Source: Paragordius varius (lineage: Eukaryota > Animalia > Nematomorpha). Taken from it: a DNA stretch of 64,000 nucleotides. A model generated the notes under the pieces. The model was not told the DNA's origin and ran no database searches. It was given only the letters and a program-made list of their open reading frames with translations. Positions 40,321-55,600 of the stretch are shown here, one piece after another. The stretch lies in the NCBI GenBank assembly GCA_964247055.1, contig OZ176054.1, forward strand, positions 620,001-684,000. The letters run 5' to 3'. A program made the position numbers and the translations under genes. How positions within the stretch are numbered: position 1 is the first letter of the stretch; every line of letters starts with the position of its first letter.

Positions 40321-43300
40321 TTTGTCCGGTGACGAATATCCGATTTTTAAGGACAAAGTTTAATTTGAGTATTGATGCGACTAGTTTACTACCATAATTT
40401 TTAAAGTATCGTTGTAAAAATCGGATATGAAAGAGTTTGTCAAACTATCTCTATATTTTGATGTAGTCTTACTAAGAGAATGTATAAAAAATAATTTTGT
40501 TCACCGGTGACCAAGATCCGATTTTTAAGGACAAAGTTTAACTTGAGTATTGATGCGACTGGTTTAATACCATAATTTTTAAAGTATAGTTGTAAAAATC
40601 GGATATGAAAGAGTTTGTCAAACTATCTCTATATTTTGATGTAGTCTTACTAAGAGAATGTATAAAAAATTATTTTGTTCACCGGTGACCAATATCCGAT
40701 TTTTAAGGACAAAGTTTAACTTGAGTATTGATGCGACTTATTGATACGACTAGTTTTATATATTAATTTATAAATTATCGTTGTAAAAATCGGATATGAA
40801 AGAGTTTGTCAAACTATCTCTATATTTTGATGTGGTCTTGCTAAGAGAATGTATAAAAAATTATTTTGTTCACCGGTGACCAATATTCGATTTTTAAGGA
40901 CAAAGATTAACTTGAGTATTGATGCGACTAGTTTAACACATTAATTTTTAAAGTATCGTTGTAAAAATCGGATATGAAAGAGTTTGTCAAACTATCTCTA
41001 TATTTTGATGTAGTCTTACTAAGAGAATGTATAAAAAATAATTTTGTTCACCGGTGACCAATATTCGATTTTTAAGGACAAAGTTTAACTTGAGTATTGA
41101 TGCGACTAGTTTTATACATTAATTTTTAAAGTATCGTTGTAAAAATCGGATATGAAAGAGTTTGCCAAACTATCTCTATATTTTGAGGTAGTCCTACTAA
41201 GAGAATGTATAAAAAAATTTTGTTCACCGGTGACCAATATCCGATTATTAAGGACAAAGTTTAACTTGAGTATTGATGCGATTTATTGATACGACTTTTT
41301 ATACATTAATTTTTAAAGTATCGTTGTAAAAATCGGATATGAAAGAGTTTGTCAAACTATCTCTATATTTTGATGTAGTCTTGCTGAGAGAATATATAAA
41401 AAATAATTTTGTTCACCGGTGACCAATATCCGATTTTTAAGGACAAAGTTTATTTTGAGTATTGATGCGACTAGTTTAATACATTAATTTTTAAAGTATC
41501 GTTGTAAAAATCGTATATGAAAGAGTTTGTCAAACTATTTCTATATTTTGATGTAGTCTTACTAAGAGAATGTATAAAAAATAATTTTGTTCACCGGTGA
41601 CCAATATTCGATTTTTAAGGACAAAGTTTAACTTGAGTATTGATGCGACTAGTTTAACACATTAATTTTTAAAGTATCGTTGTAAAAATCGGATAGGAAA
41701 GAGTTTGTCAAACTATCTCTATATTTTGATGTAGTCTTACTAAGAGAATGTATAAAAAATTTTGTTCACCGGTGACCAATATCCGATTTTTAAGGACAAA
41801 GTTTAACTTGAGTATTGATGCGATTTATTGATATGACTAGTTTTATACATTAATTTTTAAAGTATCGTTGTAAAAATCGGATATGAAAGAGTTTGTCAAA
41901 CTATCTCTATATTTTGATGTAGTCTTGCTAAGAAAATATATAAAAAATAATTTTGTTCACCGGTGACCAATATCCGATTTTTAAGGACAAAATTTAATTT
42001 GAGTATTGATGCTACTAGTTTAATACCATAATTTTTAAAGTTAGTTGTAAAAATCGGATATGAAAGAGTTTGTCAAACTATCTCTATATTTTGATGTAGT
42101 CTTACTAAGAGAATGTATAAAAAATAATTTTGTTCACCGGTGACCAAGATCCGATTTTTAAGGACAAAGTTTAACTTGAGTATTGATGCGACTGGTTTAA
42201 TACCATAATTTTTAAAGTATCGTTGTAAAAATCGGATATGAAAGAGTTTGTCAAACTATCTCTATATTTTGATGTAGTCTTACTAAGAGAATGTATAAAA
42301 AATAATTTTGTTCACCGGTGACCAATATCCGATTTTTAAGGACAAAGTTTAACTTGAGTATTGATGCGACTTATTGATACGACTAGTTTTATATATTAAT
42401 TTATAAAGTATCGTTGTAAAAATCGGATATGAAAGAGTTTGTCAAACTATCTCTATATTTTGATGTAGTCTTGTTAAGAGAATGTATAAAAAATAATTTT
42501 GTTCACCGGTGACCAATATCCGATTTTTAACGACAAAGTTTAACTTGAGTATTGATGCGACTAGTTTAATACATTAATTTTTAAAGTATCGTTGTAAAAA
42601 TCGGATATGAAAGAGTTTGTCAAACTATCTCTATATTTTGATGTAGTCTTACTAAGAGAATGTATAAAAAAAAATTTTGTTCACCGGTGACCAAGATCCG
42701 ATTTTTAAGGACAAAGATTAACTTGAGTATTGATGCGACTGGTTTAATACCATAATTTTTAAAGTATCGTTGTAAAAATCGGATATGAAAGAGTTTGTCA
42801 AACTATCTCTATATTTTGATGTAGTCTTACTAAGAGAATGTATAAAAAATTATTTTGTTCACCGGTGACCAATATCCGATTTTTAAGGACAAAGTTTAAC
42901 TTGAGTATTGATGCGACTTATTGATACGACTAGTTTTATATATTAATTTATAAAGTATCGTTGTAAAAATCGGATATGAAAGAGTTTGTCAAACTATCTC
43001 TATATTTTGATGTGGTCTTGCTAAGAGAATGTATAAAAAATTATTTTGTTCACCGGTGACCAATATTCGATTTTTAAGGACAAAGTTTAACTTGAGTATT
43101 GATGCGACTAGTTAAACACATTAATTTTTAAAGTTTCGTTGTAAAAATCGGATATGAAAGAGTTTGTCAAACTATCTCTATATTTTGATGTAGTCTTACT
43201 AAGAGAATGTAAAAAAATAATTTTGTTCACCGGTGACCAATATTCGATTTTTAAGGACAAAGTTTAACTTGAGTACTGATGCGACTAGTTTTATACATTA

Positions 43301-46300
43301 ATTTTTAAAGTATCGTTGTAAAAATCGGATATGAAAGAGTTTGCCAAACTATCTCTATATTTTGAGGTAGTCCTACTAAGAGAATGTATACAAAATAATT
43401 TTGTTCACCGGTGACCAATATCCGATTATTAAGGACAAAGTTTAACTTGAGTATTGATGCGATTTATTGATACGACTTTTTATACATTAATTTTTAAAGT
43501 ATCGTTGTAAAAATCGGATATGAAAGAGTTTGTCAAACTATCTCTATATTTTGATGTAGTCTTGCTGAGAGAATATATAAAAAATAATTTTGTTCACCGG
43601 TGACCAATATCCGATTTTTAAGGACAAAGTTTATTTTGAGTATTGATGCGACTAGTTTAATACATTAATTTTTAAAGTATCGTTGTAAAAATCGGATATG
43701 AAAGAGTTTGTCAAACTATTTCTATATTTTGATGTAGTCTTACTAAGAGAATGTATAAAAAATAATTTTGTTCACCGGTGACCAATATTCGATTTTTAAG
43801 GACAAAGTTTAACTTGAGTATTGATGCGACTAGTTTAACACATTAATTTTTAAAGTATCGTTGTAAAAATCGGATATGAAAGAGTTTGTCAAACTATCTC
43901 TATATTTTGATGTAGTCTTGCTAAGAGAATATATAAAAAATAATTTTGTTCACCGGTGACCAATATCCGATTTTTAAGGACAAAGTTTAATTTGAGTATT
44001 GATGCGACTAGTTTAATACCATAATTTTTAAAGTTAGTTGTAAAAATCGGATATGAAAGAGTTTGTCAAACTATCTCTATATTTTGATGTAGTCTTACTA
44101 AGAGAATGTATAAAAAATAATTTTGTTCACCGGTGACCAAGATCCGATTTTTAAGGACAAAGTTTAACTTGAGTATTGATGCGACTGGTTTAATACCATA
44201 ATTTTAAAAGTATCGTTGTAAAAATCGGATATGAAAGAGTTTGTCAAACTATCTCTATATTTTGATGTAGTCTTACTAAGAGAATGTATAAAAAATTATT
44301 TTGTTCACCGGTGACCAATATCCGATTTTTAAGGACAAAGTTTAACTTGAGTATTGATGCGACTTATTGATACGACTAGTTTTATATATTAATTTATAAA
44401 GTATCGTTGTAAAAATCGGATATGAAAGAGTTTGTCAAACTATCTCTATATTTTGATGTAGTCTTGCTAAGAGAATGTATAAAAAATAATTTTGTTCACC
44501 GGTGACCAATATCCGATTTTTAAGGACAAAGTTTAACTTGAGTATTGATGCGACTAGTTTAATACATTAATTTTTAAAGTATCGTTGTAAAAATCGGATA
44601 TGAAAGAGTTTGTCAAACTATCTCGATATTTTGATGTAGTCTTACTAAGAGAATGTATAAAAAATAGTTTTGTTCACCGGTGACCAATATCCGATTTTTA
44701 AGGACAAAGTTTAACTTGAGTATTTGGTTGAATACCATAATTTTTAAGGTATCGTTGTAAAAATCGGATATGAAAGAGTTTGTCAAACTATCTCTATATT
44801 TTGATGTAGTCTTACTAAGAGAATGTATATAAAATAATTTTGTTCACCGGTGACCAATATCCGATTTTTAAGGACAAAGTTTAACTTGAGTATTGATGCG
44901 ACTGGTTTAATACCATAATTTTTAAAGTATCGTTGAAATCGGATATGAAAGAGTTTGTCAAACTATCTCTATATTTTGATGTAGTCTTACTAAGAGAATG
45001 TATAAAAAATAATTTTGTTCACCGGTGACCAATATCCGATTTTTAAGGACAAAGTTTAACTTGAGTATTGATGCGACTAGTTTAATACATTAATTTTTAA
45101 AGTATCGTTGTAAAAATCGGATATGAAAGAGTTTGTCAAACTATCTCTATATTTTGTTGTAGTCTTACTAAGAGAATGTATAAAAAATAGTTTTGTTCAC
45201 CGGTGACCAATATCCGATTTTTAAGGACAAAGTTTAACTTGAGTATTGATGCGACTGGTTTAATACCATAATTTTTAAAGTATCGTTGAAATCGGATATG
45301 AAAGAGTTTGTCAAACTATCTCTATATTTTGATGTAGTCTTACTAAGAGAATGTATAAAAAATAATTTTGTTCACCGGTGACCAATATCCGATTTTTAAG
45401 GACAAAGTTTAACTTGAGTATTGATGCGACTGGTTTAATACCATAATTTTTAAAGTATCGTTGAAATCGGATATGAAAGAGTTTGTCAAACTATCTCTAT
45501 ATTTTGATGTAGTCTTACTAAGAGAATGTATAAAAAATAATTTTGTTCACCGGTGACCAATATCCGATTTTTAAGGACAAAGTTTAACTTGAGTATTGAT
45601 GCGACTAGTTTAATACATTAATTTTTAAAGTATCGTTGTAAAAATCGGATATGAAAGAGTTTGTCAAACTATCTCTATATTTTGTTGTAGTCTTACTAAG
45701 AGAATGTATAAAAAATAGTTTTGTTCACCGGTGACCAATATCCGATTTTTAAGGACAAAGTTTAACTTGAGTATTGATGCGACTGGTTTAATACCATAAT
45801 TTTTAAAGTATCGTTGAAATCGGATATGAAAGAGTTTGTCAAACTATCTCTATATTTTGATGTAGTCTTACTAAGAGAATGTATAAAAAATAATTTTGTT
45901 CACCGGTGACCAATATCCGATTTTTAAGGACAAAGTTTAATTTGAGTATTGATGCGACTAGTTTAATACATTAATTTTTAAAGTATCGTTGTAAAAATTC
46001 GATATGAAAGAGTTTGTCAAACTATCTCTATATTTTGATGTAGTCTTACTAAGAGAATGTATAAAAAATAGTTTTGTTCACCGGTGACCAATATCCGATT
46101 TTTAAGGACAAAGTTTAACTTGAGTATTGATGCGACTGGTTTAATACCATAATTTTTAAAGTATCGTTGTAAAAATCGGATATGAAAGAGTTTGTCAAAC
46201 TATCTCTATATTTTGATGTAGTCTTGCTAAGAATGTATAAAAAATAGTTTTGTTCACCGGTGACCAATATCCGATTTTTAAGGACAAAGTTTAACTTGAG

Positions 46301-46607
46301 TATTGATGCGACTGGTTTAATACCATAATTTTTAAAGTATCGTTGAAATCGGATATGAAAGAGTTTGTCAAACTATCTCCTATATTTTGATGTAGTCTGA
46401 CTAAGAGAATGTATAAAAAATAATTTTGTTCACCGGTGACCAATATCCGATTTTTAAGGACAAAGTTTAACTTGAGTATTGATGCGACTAGTTTAATACA
46501 TTAATTTTTAAAGTATCGTTGTAAAAATCGGATATGAAAGAGTTTGTCAAACTATCTCTATATTTTGATGTAGTCTTACTAAGAGAATGTATAAAAAATA
46601 GTTTTGT

Positions 46608-49600
46608 TCACCGGTGACCAATATCCGATTTTTAAGGACAAAGTTTAACTTGAGTATTGATGCGACTGGTTTAATACCATAATTTTTAAAGTATCGTTGT
46701 AAAACTCGGATATGAAAAAGTTTGTCAAACTATCCCTATTTGATGTAGTCTTACTAAGAGAATGTATAAAAAATTATTTTGTTCACCGGTGACCAATATC
46801 CGATTTTTAAGGACAAAGTTTAACTTGAGTATTGATGCGACTGGTTTAATACCATAATTTTAAAAGTATCGTTGAAATCGGATATGAAAGAGTTTGTCAA
46901 ACTATCTCTATATTTTGATGTAGTCTTACTAAGAAAATGTATAAAAAATAATTTTGTTCACCGGTGACCAATATCCGATTTTTAAGGACAAAGTTTAACT
47001 TGAGTATTGATGCGACTAGTTTAACACATTAATTTTTAAAGTATCGTTGTAAAAATCGGATATGAAAGAGTTTGTCAAACTATCTCTATATTTTGATGTA
47101 GTCTTACTAAGAGAATGTATAAAAAATAATTTTGTTCACCGGTGACCAATATTCGATTTTTAAGGACAAAGTTTATTTTGAGTATTGATGCGACTAGTTT
47201 AATACATTAATTTTTAAAGTATCGTTGTAAAAATCGGATATGAAAGAGTTTGTCAAACTATCTCTATATTTTGATGTAGTCTTACTAAGAGAATGTATAA
47301 AAAATAATTTTGTTCACCGGTGACCAATATCCGATTTTTAAGGACAAAGTTTAACTTGAGTATTGATGCGATTTATTGATACGACTAGTTTTATACATTA
47401 ATTTTTAAAGTATCGATGTAAAAATCGGATATGAAAGAGTTTGTCAAACTATCTCTATATTTTGATGTAGTCTTGCTAAGAGAATATATAAAAAATAATT
47501 TTGTTCACCGGTGACCAATATCCGATTTTTAAGGACAAAGTTTAATTTGAGTATTGATGCGACTAGTTTACTACCATAATTTTTAAAGTATCGTTGTAAA
47601 AATCGGATATGAAAGAGTTTGTCAAACTATCTCTATATTTTGATGTAGTCTTACTAAGAGAATGTATAAAAAATAGTTTTGTTCACCGGTGACCAATATC
47701 CGATTTTTAAGGACAAAGTTTAACTTGAGTATTGATGCGACTGGTTTAATACCATAATTTTTAAAGTATCGTTGTAAAAATCGGATATGAAAAAGTTTGT
47801 CAAACTATCCCTATATTTTGATGTAGTCTTACTAAGAGAATGTATAAAAAATAATTTTGTTGACCGGTGACCAATATCCGATTATTAAGGACAAAGTTTA
47901 ACTTGAGTATTGATGCGATTTATTGATACGACTTTTTATACATTAATTTTTAAAGTATCGTTGTAAAAATCGGATATGAAAGAGTTTGTCAAACTATCTC
48001 TATATTTTGATGTAGTCTTGCTAAGAGAATATATAAAAAATAATTTTGTTCACCGGTGACCAATATCCGATTTTTAAGGACAAAGTTTATTTTGAGTATT
48101 GATGCGACTAGTTTAATACATTAATTTTTAAAGTATCGTTGTAAAAATCGGATATGAAAGAGTTTGTCAAACTATTTCTATATTTTGATGTAGTCTTACT
48201 AAGAGAATGTATAAAAAATAATTTTGTTCACCGGTGACCAATATTCGATTTTTAAGGACAAAGTTTAACTTGAGTATTGATGCGACTAGTTTAACACATT
48301 AATTTTTAAAGTATCGTTGTAAAAATCGGATATGAAAGAGTTTGTCAAACTATCTCTATATTTTGATGTAGTCTTACTAAGAGAATGTATAAAAAATAAT
48401 TTTGTTCACCGGTGACCAATATCCGATTTTTAAGGACAAAGTTTAACTTGAGTATTGATGCGATTTATTGATACGACTAGTTTTATACATTAATTTTTAA
48501 AGTATCGATGTAAAAATCGGATATGAAAGAGTTTGTCAAACTATCTCTATATTTTGATGTAGTCTTACTAAGAGAATGTATAAAAAATAATTTTGTTCAC
48601 CGGTGACCAATATTCGATTTTTAAGGACAAAGTTTATTTTGAGTATTGATGCGACTAGTTTAATACATTAATTTTTAAAGTATCGTTGTAAAAATCGGAT
48701 ATGAAAGAGTTTGTCAAACTATCTCTATATTTTGATGTAGTCTTACTAAGAGAATGTATAAAAAATAATTTTGTTCACCGGTGACCAATATCCGATTTTT
48801 AAGGACAAAGTTTAACTTGAGTATTGATGCGACTGGTTTAATACCATAATTTTAAAAGTATCGTTGAAATCGGATATGAAAGAGTTTGTCAAACTATCTC
48901 TATATTTTGATGTAGTCTTACTAAGAAAATGTATAAAAAATAATTTTGTTCATATCCGATTTTTAAGGACAAAGTTTAACTTGAGTATTGATGCGACTAG
49001 TTTAACACATTAATTTTTAAAGTATCGTTGTAAAAATCGGATATGAAAGAGTTTGTCAAACTATCTCTATATTTTGATGTAGTCTTACTAAGAGAATGTA
49101 TAAAAAATAATTTTGTTCACCGGTGACCAATATTCGACTTTTAAGGCCAAAGTTTATTTTGAGTATTGATGCGACTAGTTTAATACATTAATTTTTAAAG
49201 TATCGTTGTAAAAATCGGATATGAAAGAGTTTGTCAAACTATCTCTATATTTTGATGTAGTCTTACTAAGAGAATGTATAAAAAATAATTTTGTTCACCG
49301 GTGACCAATATCCGATTTTTAAGGACAAAGTTTAATTTGAGTATTGATGCGACTAGTTTAATACATTAATTTTTAAAGTATCGTTGTAAAAATTCGATAT
49401 GAAAGAGTTTGTCAAACTATCTCTATATTTTGTTGTAGTCTTACTAAAAGAATGTATAAAAAATAGTTTTGTTCACCGGTGACCAATATCCGATTTTTAA
49501 GGACAAAGTTTAACTTGAGTATTGATGCGACTGGTTTAATACCATAATTTTTAAAGTATGTTGAAATCGGATATGAAAGAGATTGTCAAACTATCTCTAT

Positions 49601-52600
49601 ATTTTGATGTAGTCTTACTAAGAGAATGTATAAAAAATAGTTTTGTTCACCGGTGACCAATATCCGATTTTTAAGGACAAAGTTTAACTTGAGTATTGAT
49701 GCGACTGGTTTAATACCATAATTTTTAAAGTATCGTTGTAAAAATCGGATATGAAAAAGTTTGTCAAACTATCCCTATATTTTGATGTAGTCTTACTAAG
49801 AGAATGTATAAAAAATAATTTTGTTGACCGGTGACCAATATCCGATTATTAAGGACAAAGTTTAACTTGAGTATTGATGCGATTTATTGATACGACTTTT
49901 TATACATTAATTTTTAAAGTATCGTTGTAAAAATCGGATATGAAAGAGTTTGTCAAACTATCTCTATATTTTGATGTAGTCTTGCTAAGAGAATATATAA
50001 AAAATAATTTTGTTCACCGGTGACCAATATCCGATTTTTAAGGACAAAGTTTATTTTGAGTATTGATGCGACTAGTTTAATACATTAATTTTTAAAGTAT
50101 CGTTGTAAAAATCGGATATGAAAGAGTTTGTCAAACTATTTCTATATTTTGATGTAGTCTTACTAAGAGAATGTATAAAAAATAATTTTGTTCACCGGTG
50201 ACCAATATTCGATTTTTAAGGACAAAGTTTAACTTGAGTATTGATGCGACTAGTTTAACACATTAATTTTTAAAGTATCGTTGTAAAAATCGGATATGAA
50301 AGAGTTTGTCAAACTATCTCTATATTTTGATGTAGTCTTACTAAGAGAATGTATAAAAAATAATTTTGTTCACCGGTGACCAATATCCGATTTTTAAGGA
50401 CAAAGTTTAACTTGAGTATTGATGCGATTTATTGATACGACTAGTTTTATACATTAATTTTTAAAGTATCGATGTAAAAATCGGATATGAAAGAGTTTGT
50501 CAAACTATCTCTATATTTTGATGTAGTCTTACTAAGAGAATGTATAAAAAATAATTTTGTTCACCGGTGACCAATATTCGATTTTTAAGGACAAAGTTTA
50601 TTTTGAGTATTGATGCGACTAGTTTAATACATTAATTTTTAAAGTATCGTTGTAAAAATCGGATATGAAAGAGTTTGTCAAACTATCTCTATATTTTGAT
50701 GTAGTCTTACTAAGAGAATGTATAAAAAATAATTTTGTTCACCGGTGACCAATATCCGATTTTTAAGGACAAAGTTTAACTTGAGTATTGATGCGACTGG
50801 TTTAATACCATAATTTTAAAAGTATCGTTGAAATCGGATATGAAAGAGTTTGTCAAACTATCTCTATATTTTGATGTAGTCTTACTAAGAAAATGTATAA
50901 AAAATAATTTTGTTCATATCCGATTTTTAAGGACAAAGTTTAACTTGAGTATTGATGCGACTAGTTTAACACATTAATTTTTAAAGTATCGTTGTAAAAA
51001 TCGGATATGAAAGAGTTTGTCAAACTATCTCTATATTTTGATGTAGTCTTACTAAGAGAATGTATAAAAAATAATTTTGTTCACCGGTGACCAATATTCG
51101 ACTTTTAAGGCCAAAGTTTATTTTGAGTATTGATGCGACTAGTTTAATACATTAATTTTTAAAGTATCGTTGTAAAAATCGGATATGAAAGAGTTTGTCA
51201 AACTATCTCTATATTTTGATGTAGTCTTACTAAGAGAATGTATAAAAAATAATTTTGTTCACCGGTGACCAATATCCGATTTTTAAGGACAAAGTTTAAT
51301 TTGAGTATTGATGCGACTAGTTTAATACATTAATTTTTAAAGTATCGTTGTAAAAATTCGATATGAAAGAGTTTGTCAAACTATCTCTATATTTTGTTGT
51401 AGTCTTACTAAAAGAATGTATAAAAAATAGTTTTGTTCACCGGTGACCAATATCCGATTTTTAAGGACAAAGTTTAACTTGAGTATTGATGCGACTGGTT
51501 TAATACCATAATTTTTAAAGTATGTTGAAATCGGATATGAAAGAGTTTGTCAAACTATCTCTATATTTTGATGTAGTCTTACTAAGAGAATGTATAAAAA
51601 ATAATTTTGTTCACCGGTGACCAATATCCGATTTTTAAGGACAAAGTTTAATTTGAGTATTGATGCGACTAGTTTAATACATTAATTTTTAAAGTATCGT
51701 TGTAAAAATTCGATATGAAAGAGTTTGTCAAACTATCTCTATATTTTGATGTAGTCTTACTAAGAGAATGTATAAAAAATAGTTTTGTTCACCGGTGACC
51801 AATATCCGATTTTTAAGGACAAAGTTTAACTTGAGTATTGATGCGACTGGTTTAATACCATAATTTTTAAAGTATCGTTGTAAAAATCGGATATGAAAGA
51901 GTTTGTCAAACTATCTCTATATTTTGATGTAGTCTTGCTAAGAATGTATAAAAAATAGTTTTGTTCACCGGTGACCAATATCCGATTTTTAAGGACAAAG
52001 TTTAACTTGAGTATTGATGCGACTGGTTTAATACCATAATTTTTAAAGTATCGTTGAAATCGGATATGAAAGAGTTTGTCAAACTATCTCCTATATTTTG
52101 ATGTAGTCTGACTAAGAGAATGTATAAAAAATAATTTTGTTCACCGGTGACCAATATCCGATTTTTAAGGACAAAGTTTAACTTGAGTATTGATGCGACT
52201 AGTTTAATACATTAATTTTTAAAGTATCGTTGTAAAAATCGGATATGAAAGAGTTTGTCAAACTATCTCTATATTTTGATGTAGTCTTACTAAGAAAATG
52301 TATAAAAAATAATTTTGTTCACCGGTGACCAATATCCGATTTTTAAGGACAAAGTTTAACTTGAGTATTGATGCGACTGGTTTAATACCATAATTTTTAA
52401 AGTATCGTTGAAATCGGATATGAAAGAGTTTGTCAAACTATCTCTATATTTTGATGTAATCTTACTAAGAGAATGTATAAAAAATAATTTTGTTCACCGG
52501 TGACCAATATCCGATTTTTAAGGACAAAGTTTAACTTGAGTATTGATGCGATTTATTGATACGACTAGTTTTATACATTAATTTTTAAAGTATCGTTGTA

Positions 52601-55600
52601 AAAATCGGATATGAAAGAGTTTGTCAAACTATCTCTATATTTTGATGTAGTCTTACTAAGAGAATGTATAAAAAATAGTTTTGTTCACCGGTGACCAATA
52701 TCCGATTTTTAAGGACAAAGTTTAACTTGAGTATTGATGCGACTGGTTTAATACCATAATTTTTAAAGTATCGTTGTAAAACTCGGATATGAAAAAGTTT
52801 GTCAAACTATCCCTATTTGATGTAGTCTTACTAAGAGAATGTATAAAAAATTATTTTGTTCACCGGTGACCAATATCCGATTTTTAAGGACAAAGTTTAA
52901 CTTGAGTATTGATGCGACTGGTTTAATACCATAATTTTAAAAGTATCGTTGAAATCGGATATGAAAGAGTTTGTCAAACTATCTCTATATTTTGATGTAG
53001 TCTTACTAAGAAAATGTATAAAAAATAATTTTGTTCACCGGTGACCAATATCCGATTTTTAAGGACAAAGTTTAACTTGAGTATTGATGCGACTAGTTTA
53101 ACACATTAATTTTTAAAGTATCGTTGTAAAAATCGGATATGAAAGAGTTTGTCAAACTATCTCTATATTTTGATGTAGTCTTACTAAGAGAATGTATAAA
53201 AAATAATTTTGTTCACCGGTGACCAATATTCGATTTTTAAGGACAAAGTTTATTTTGAGTATTGATGCGACTAGTTTAATACATTAATTTTTAAAGTATC
53301 GTTGTAAAAATCGGATATGAAAGAGTTTGTCAAACTATCTCTATATTTTGATGTAGTCTTACTAAGAGAATGTATAAAAAATAATTTTGTTCACCGGTGA
53401 CCAATATCCGATTTTTAAGGACAAAGTTTAACTTGAGTATTGATGCGATTTATTGATACGACTAGTTTTATACATTAATTTTTAAAGTATCGATGTAAAA
53501 ATCGGATATGAAAGAGTTTGTCAAACTATCTCTATATTTTGATGTAGTCTTGCTAAGAGAATATATAAAAAATAATTTTGTTCACCGGTGACCAATATCC
53601 GATTTTTAAGGACAAAGTTTAATTTGAGTATTGATGCGACTAGTTTACTACCATAATTTTTAAAGTATCGTTGTAAAAATCGGATATGAAAGAGTTTGTC
53701 AAACTATCTCTATATTTTGATGTAGTCTTACTAAGAGAATGTATAAAAAATAGTTTTGTTCACCGGTGACCAATATCCGATTTTTAAGGACAAAGTTTAA
53801 CTTGAGTATTGATGCGACTGGTTTAATACCATAATTTTTAAAGTATCGTTGTAAAAATCGGATATGAAAAAGTTTGTCAAACTATCCCTATATTTTGATG
53901 TAGTCTTACTAAGAGAATGTATAAAAAATAATTTTGTTGACCGGTGACCAATATCCGATTATTAAGGACAAAGTTTAACTTGAGTATTGATGCGATTTAT
54001 TGATACGACTTTTTATACATTAATTTTTAAAGTATCGTTGTAAAAATCGGATATGAAAGAGTTTGTCAAACTATCTCTATATTTTGATGTAGTCTTGCTA
54101 AGAGAATATATAAAAAATAATTTTGTTCACCGGTGACCAATATCCGATTTTTAAGGACAAAGTTTATTTTGAGTATTGATGCGACTAGTTTAATACATTA
54201 ATTTTTAAAGTATCGTTGTAAAAATCGGATATGAAAGAGTTTGTCAAACTATTTCTATATTTTGATGTAGTCTTACTAAGAGAATGTATAAAAAATAATT
54301 TTGTTCACCGGTGACCAATATTCGATTTTTAAGGACAAAGTTTAACTTGAGTATTGATGCGACTAGTTTAACACATTAATTTTTAAAGTATCGTTGTAAA
54401 AATCGGATATGAAAGAGTTTGTCAAACTATCTCTATATTTTGATGTAGTCTTACTAAGAGAATGTATAAAAAATAATTTTGTTCACCGGTGACCAATATC
54501 CGATTTTTAAGGACAAAGTTTAACTTGAGTATTGATGCGATTTATTGATACGACTAGTTTTATACATTAATTTTTAAAGTATCGATGTAAAAATCGGATA
54601 TGAAAGAGTTTGTCAAACTATCTCTATATTTTGATGTAGTCTTACTAAGAGAATGTATAAAAAATAATTTTGTTCACCGGTGACCAATATTCGATTTTTA
54701 AGGACAAAGTTTATTTTGAGTATTGATGCGACTAGTTTAATACATTAATTTTTAAAGTATCGTTGTAAAAATCGGATATGAAAGAGTTTGTCAAACTATC
54801 TCTATATTTTGATGTAGTCTTACTAAGAGAATGTATAAAAAATAATTTTGTTCACCGGTGACCAATATCCGATTTTTAAGGACAAAGTTTAACTTGAGTA
54901 TTGATGCGACTGGTTTAATACCATAATTTTAAAAGTATCGTTGAAATCGGATATGAAAGAGTTTGTCAAACTATCTCTATATTTTGATGTAGTCTTACTA
55001 AGAAAATGTATAAAAAATAATTTTGTTCATATCCGATTTTTAAGGACAAAGTTTAACTTGAGTATTGATGCGACTAGTTTAACACATTAATTTTTAAAGT
55101 ATCGTTGTAAAAATCGGATATGAAAGAGTTTGTCAAACTATCTCTATATTTTGATGTAGTCTTACTAAGAGAATGTATAAAAAATAATTTTGTTCACCGG
55201 TGACCAATATTCGACTTTTAAGGCCAAAGTTTATTTTGAGTATTGATGCGACTAGTTTAATACATTAATTTTTAAAGTATCGTTGTAAAAATCGGATATG
55301 AAAGAGTTTGTCAAACTATCTCTATATTTTGATGTAGTCTTACTAAGAGAATGTATAAAAAATAATTTTGTTCACCGGTGACCAATATCCGATTTTTAAG
55401 GACAAAGTTTAATTTGAGTATTGATGCGACTAGTTTAATACATTAATTTTTAAAGTATCGTTGTAAAAATTCGATATGAAAGAGTTTGTCAAACTATCTC
55501 TATATTTTGTTGTAGTCTTACTAAAAGAATGTATAAAAAATAGTTTTGTTCACCGGTGACCAATATCCGATTTTTAAGGACAAAGTTTAACTTGAGTATT

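Larger units (their letters stand above)
33085..42530 (+). repeat. Block duplication, offset 7962 bp (44 monomers): about 33.1-34.6 kb copied at about 41.05-42.5 kb
   Basis: TCGTATATG (33549/41511) and GGATAGG (33729/41691) share the offset. The ACAAAATTTAATTTG+GCTACT monomer follows in both copies. Confidence 0.88.
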
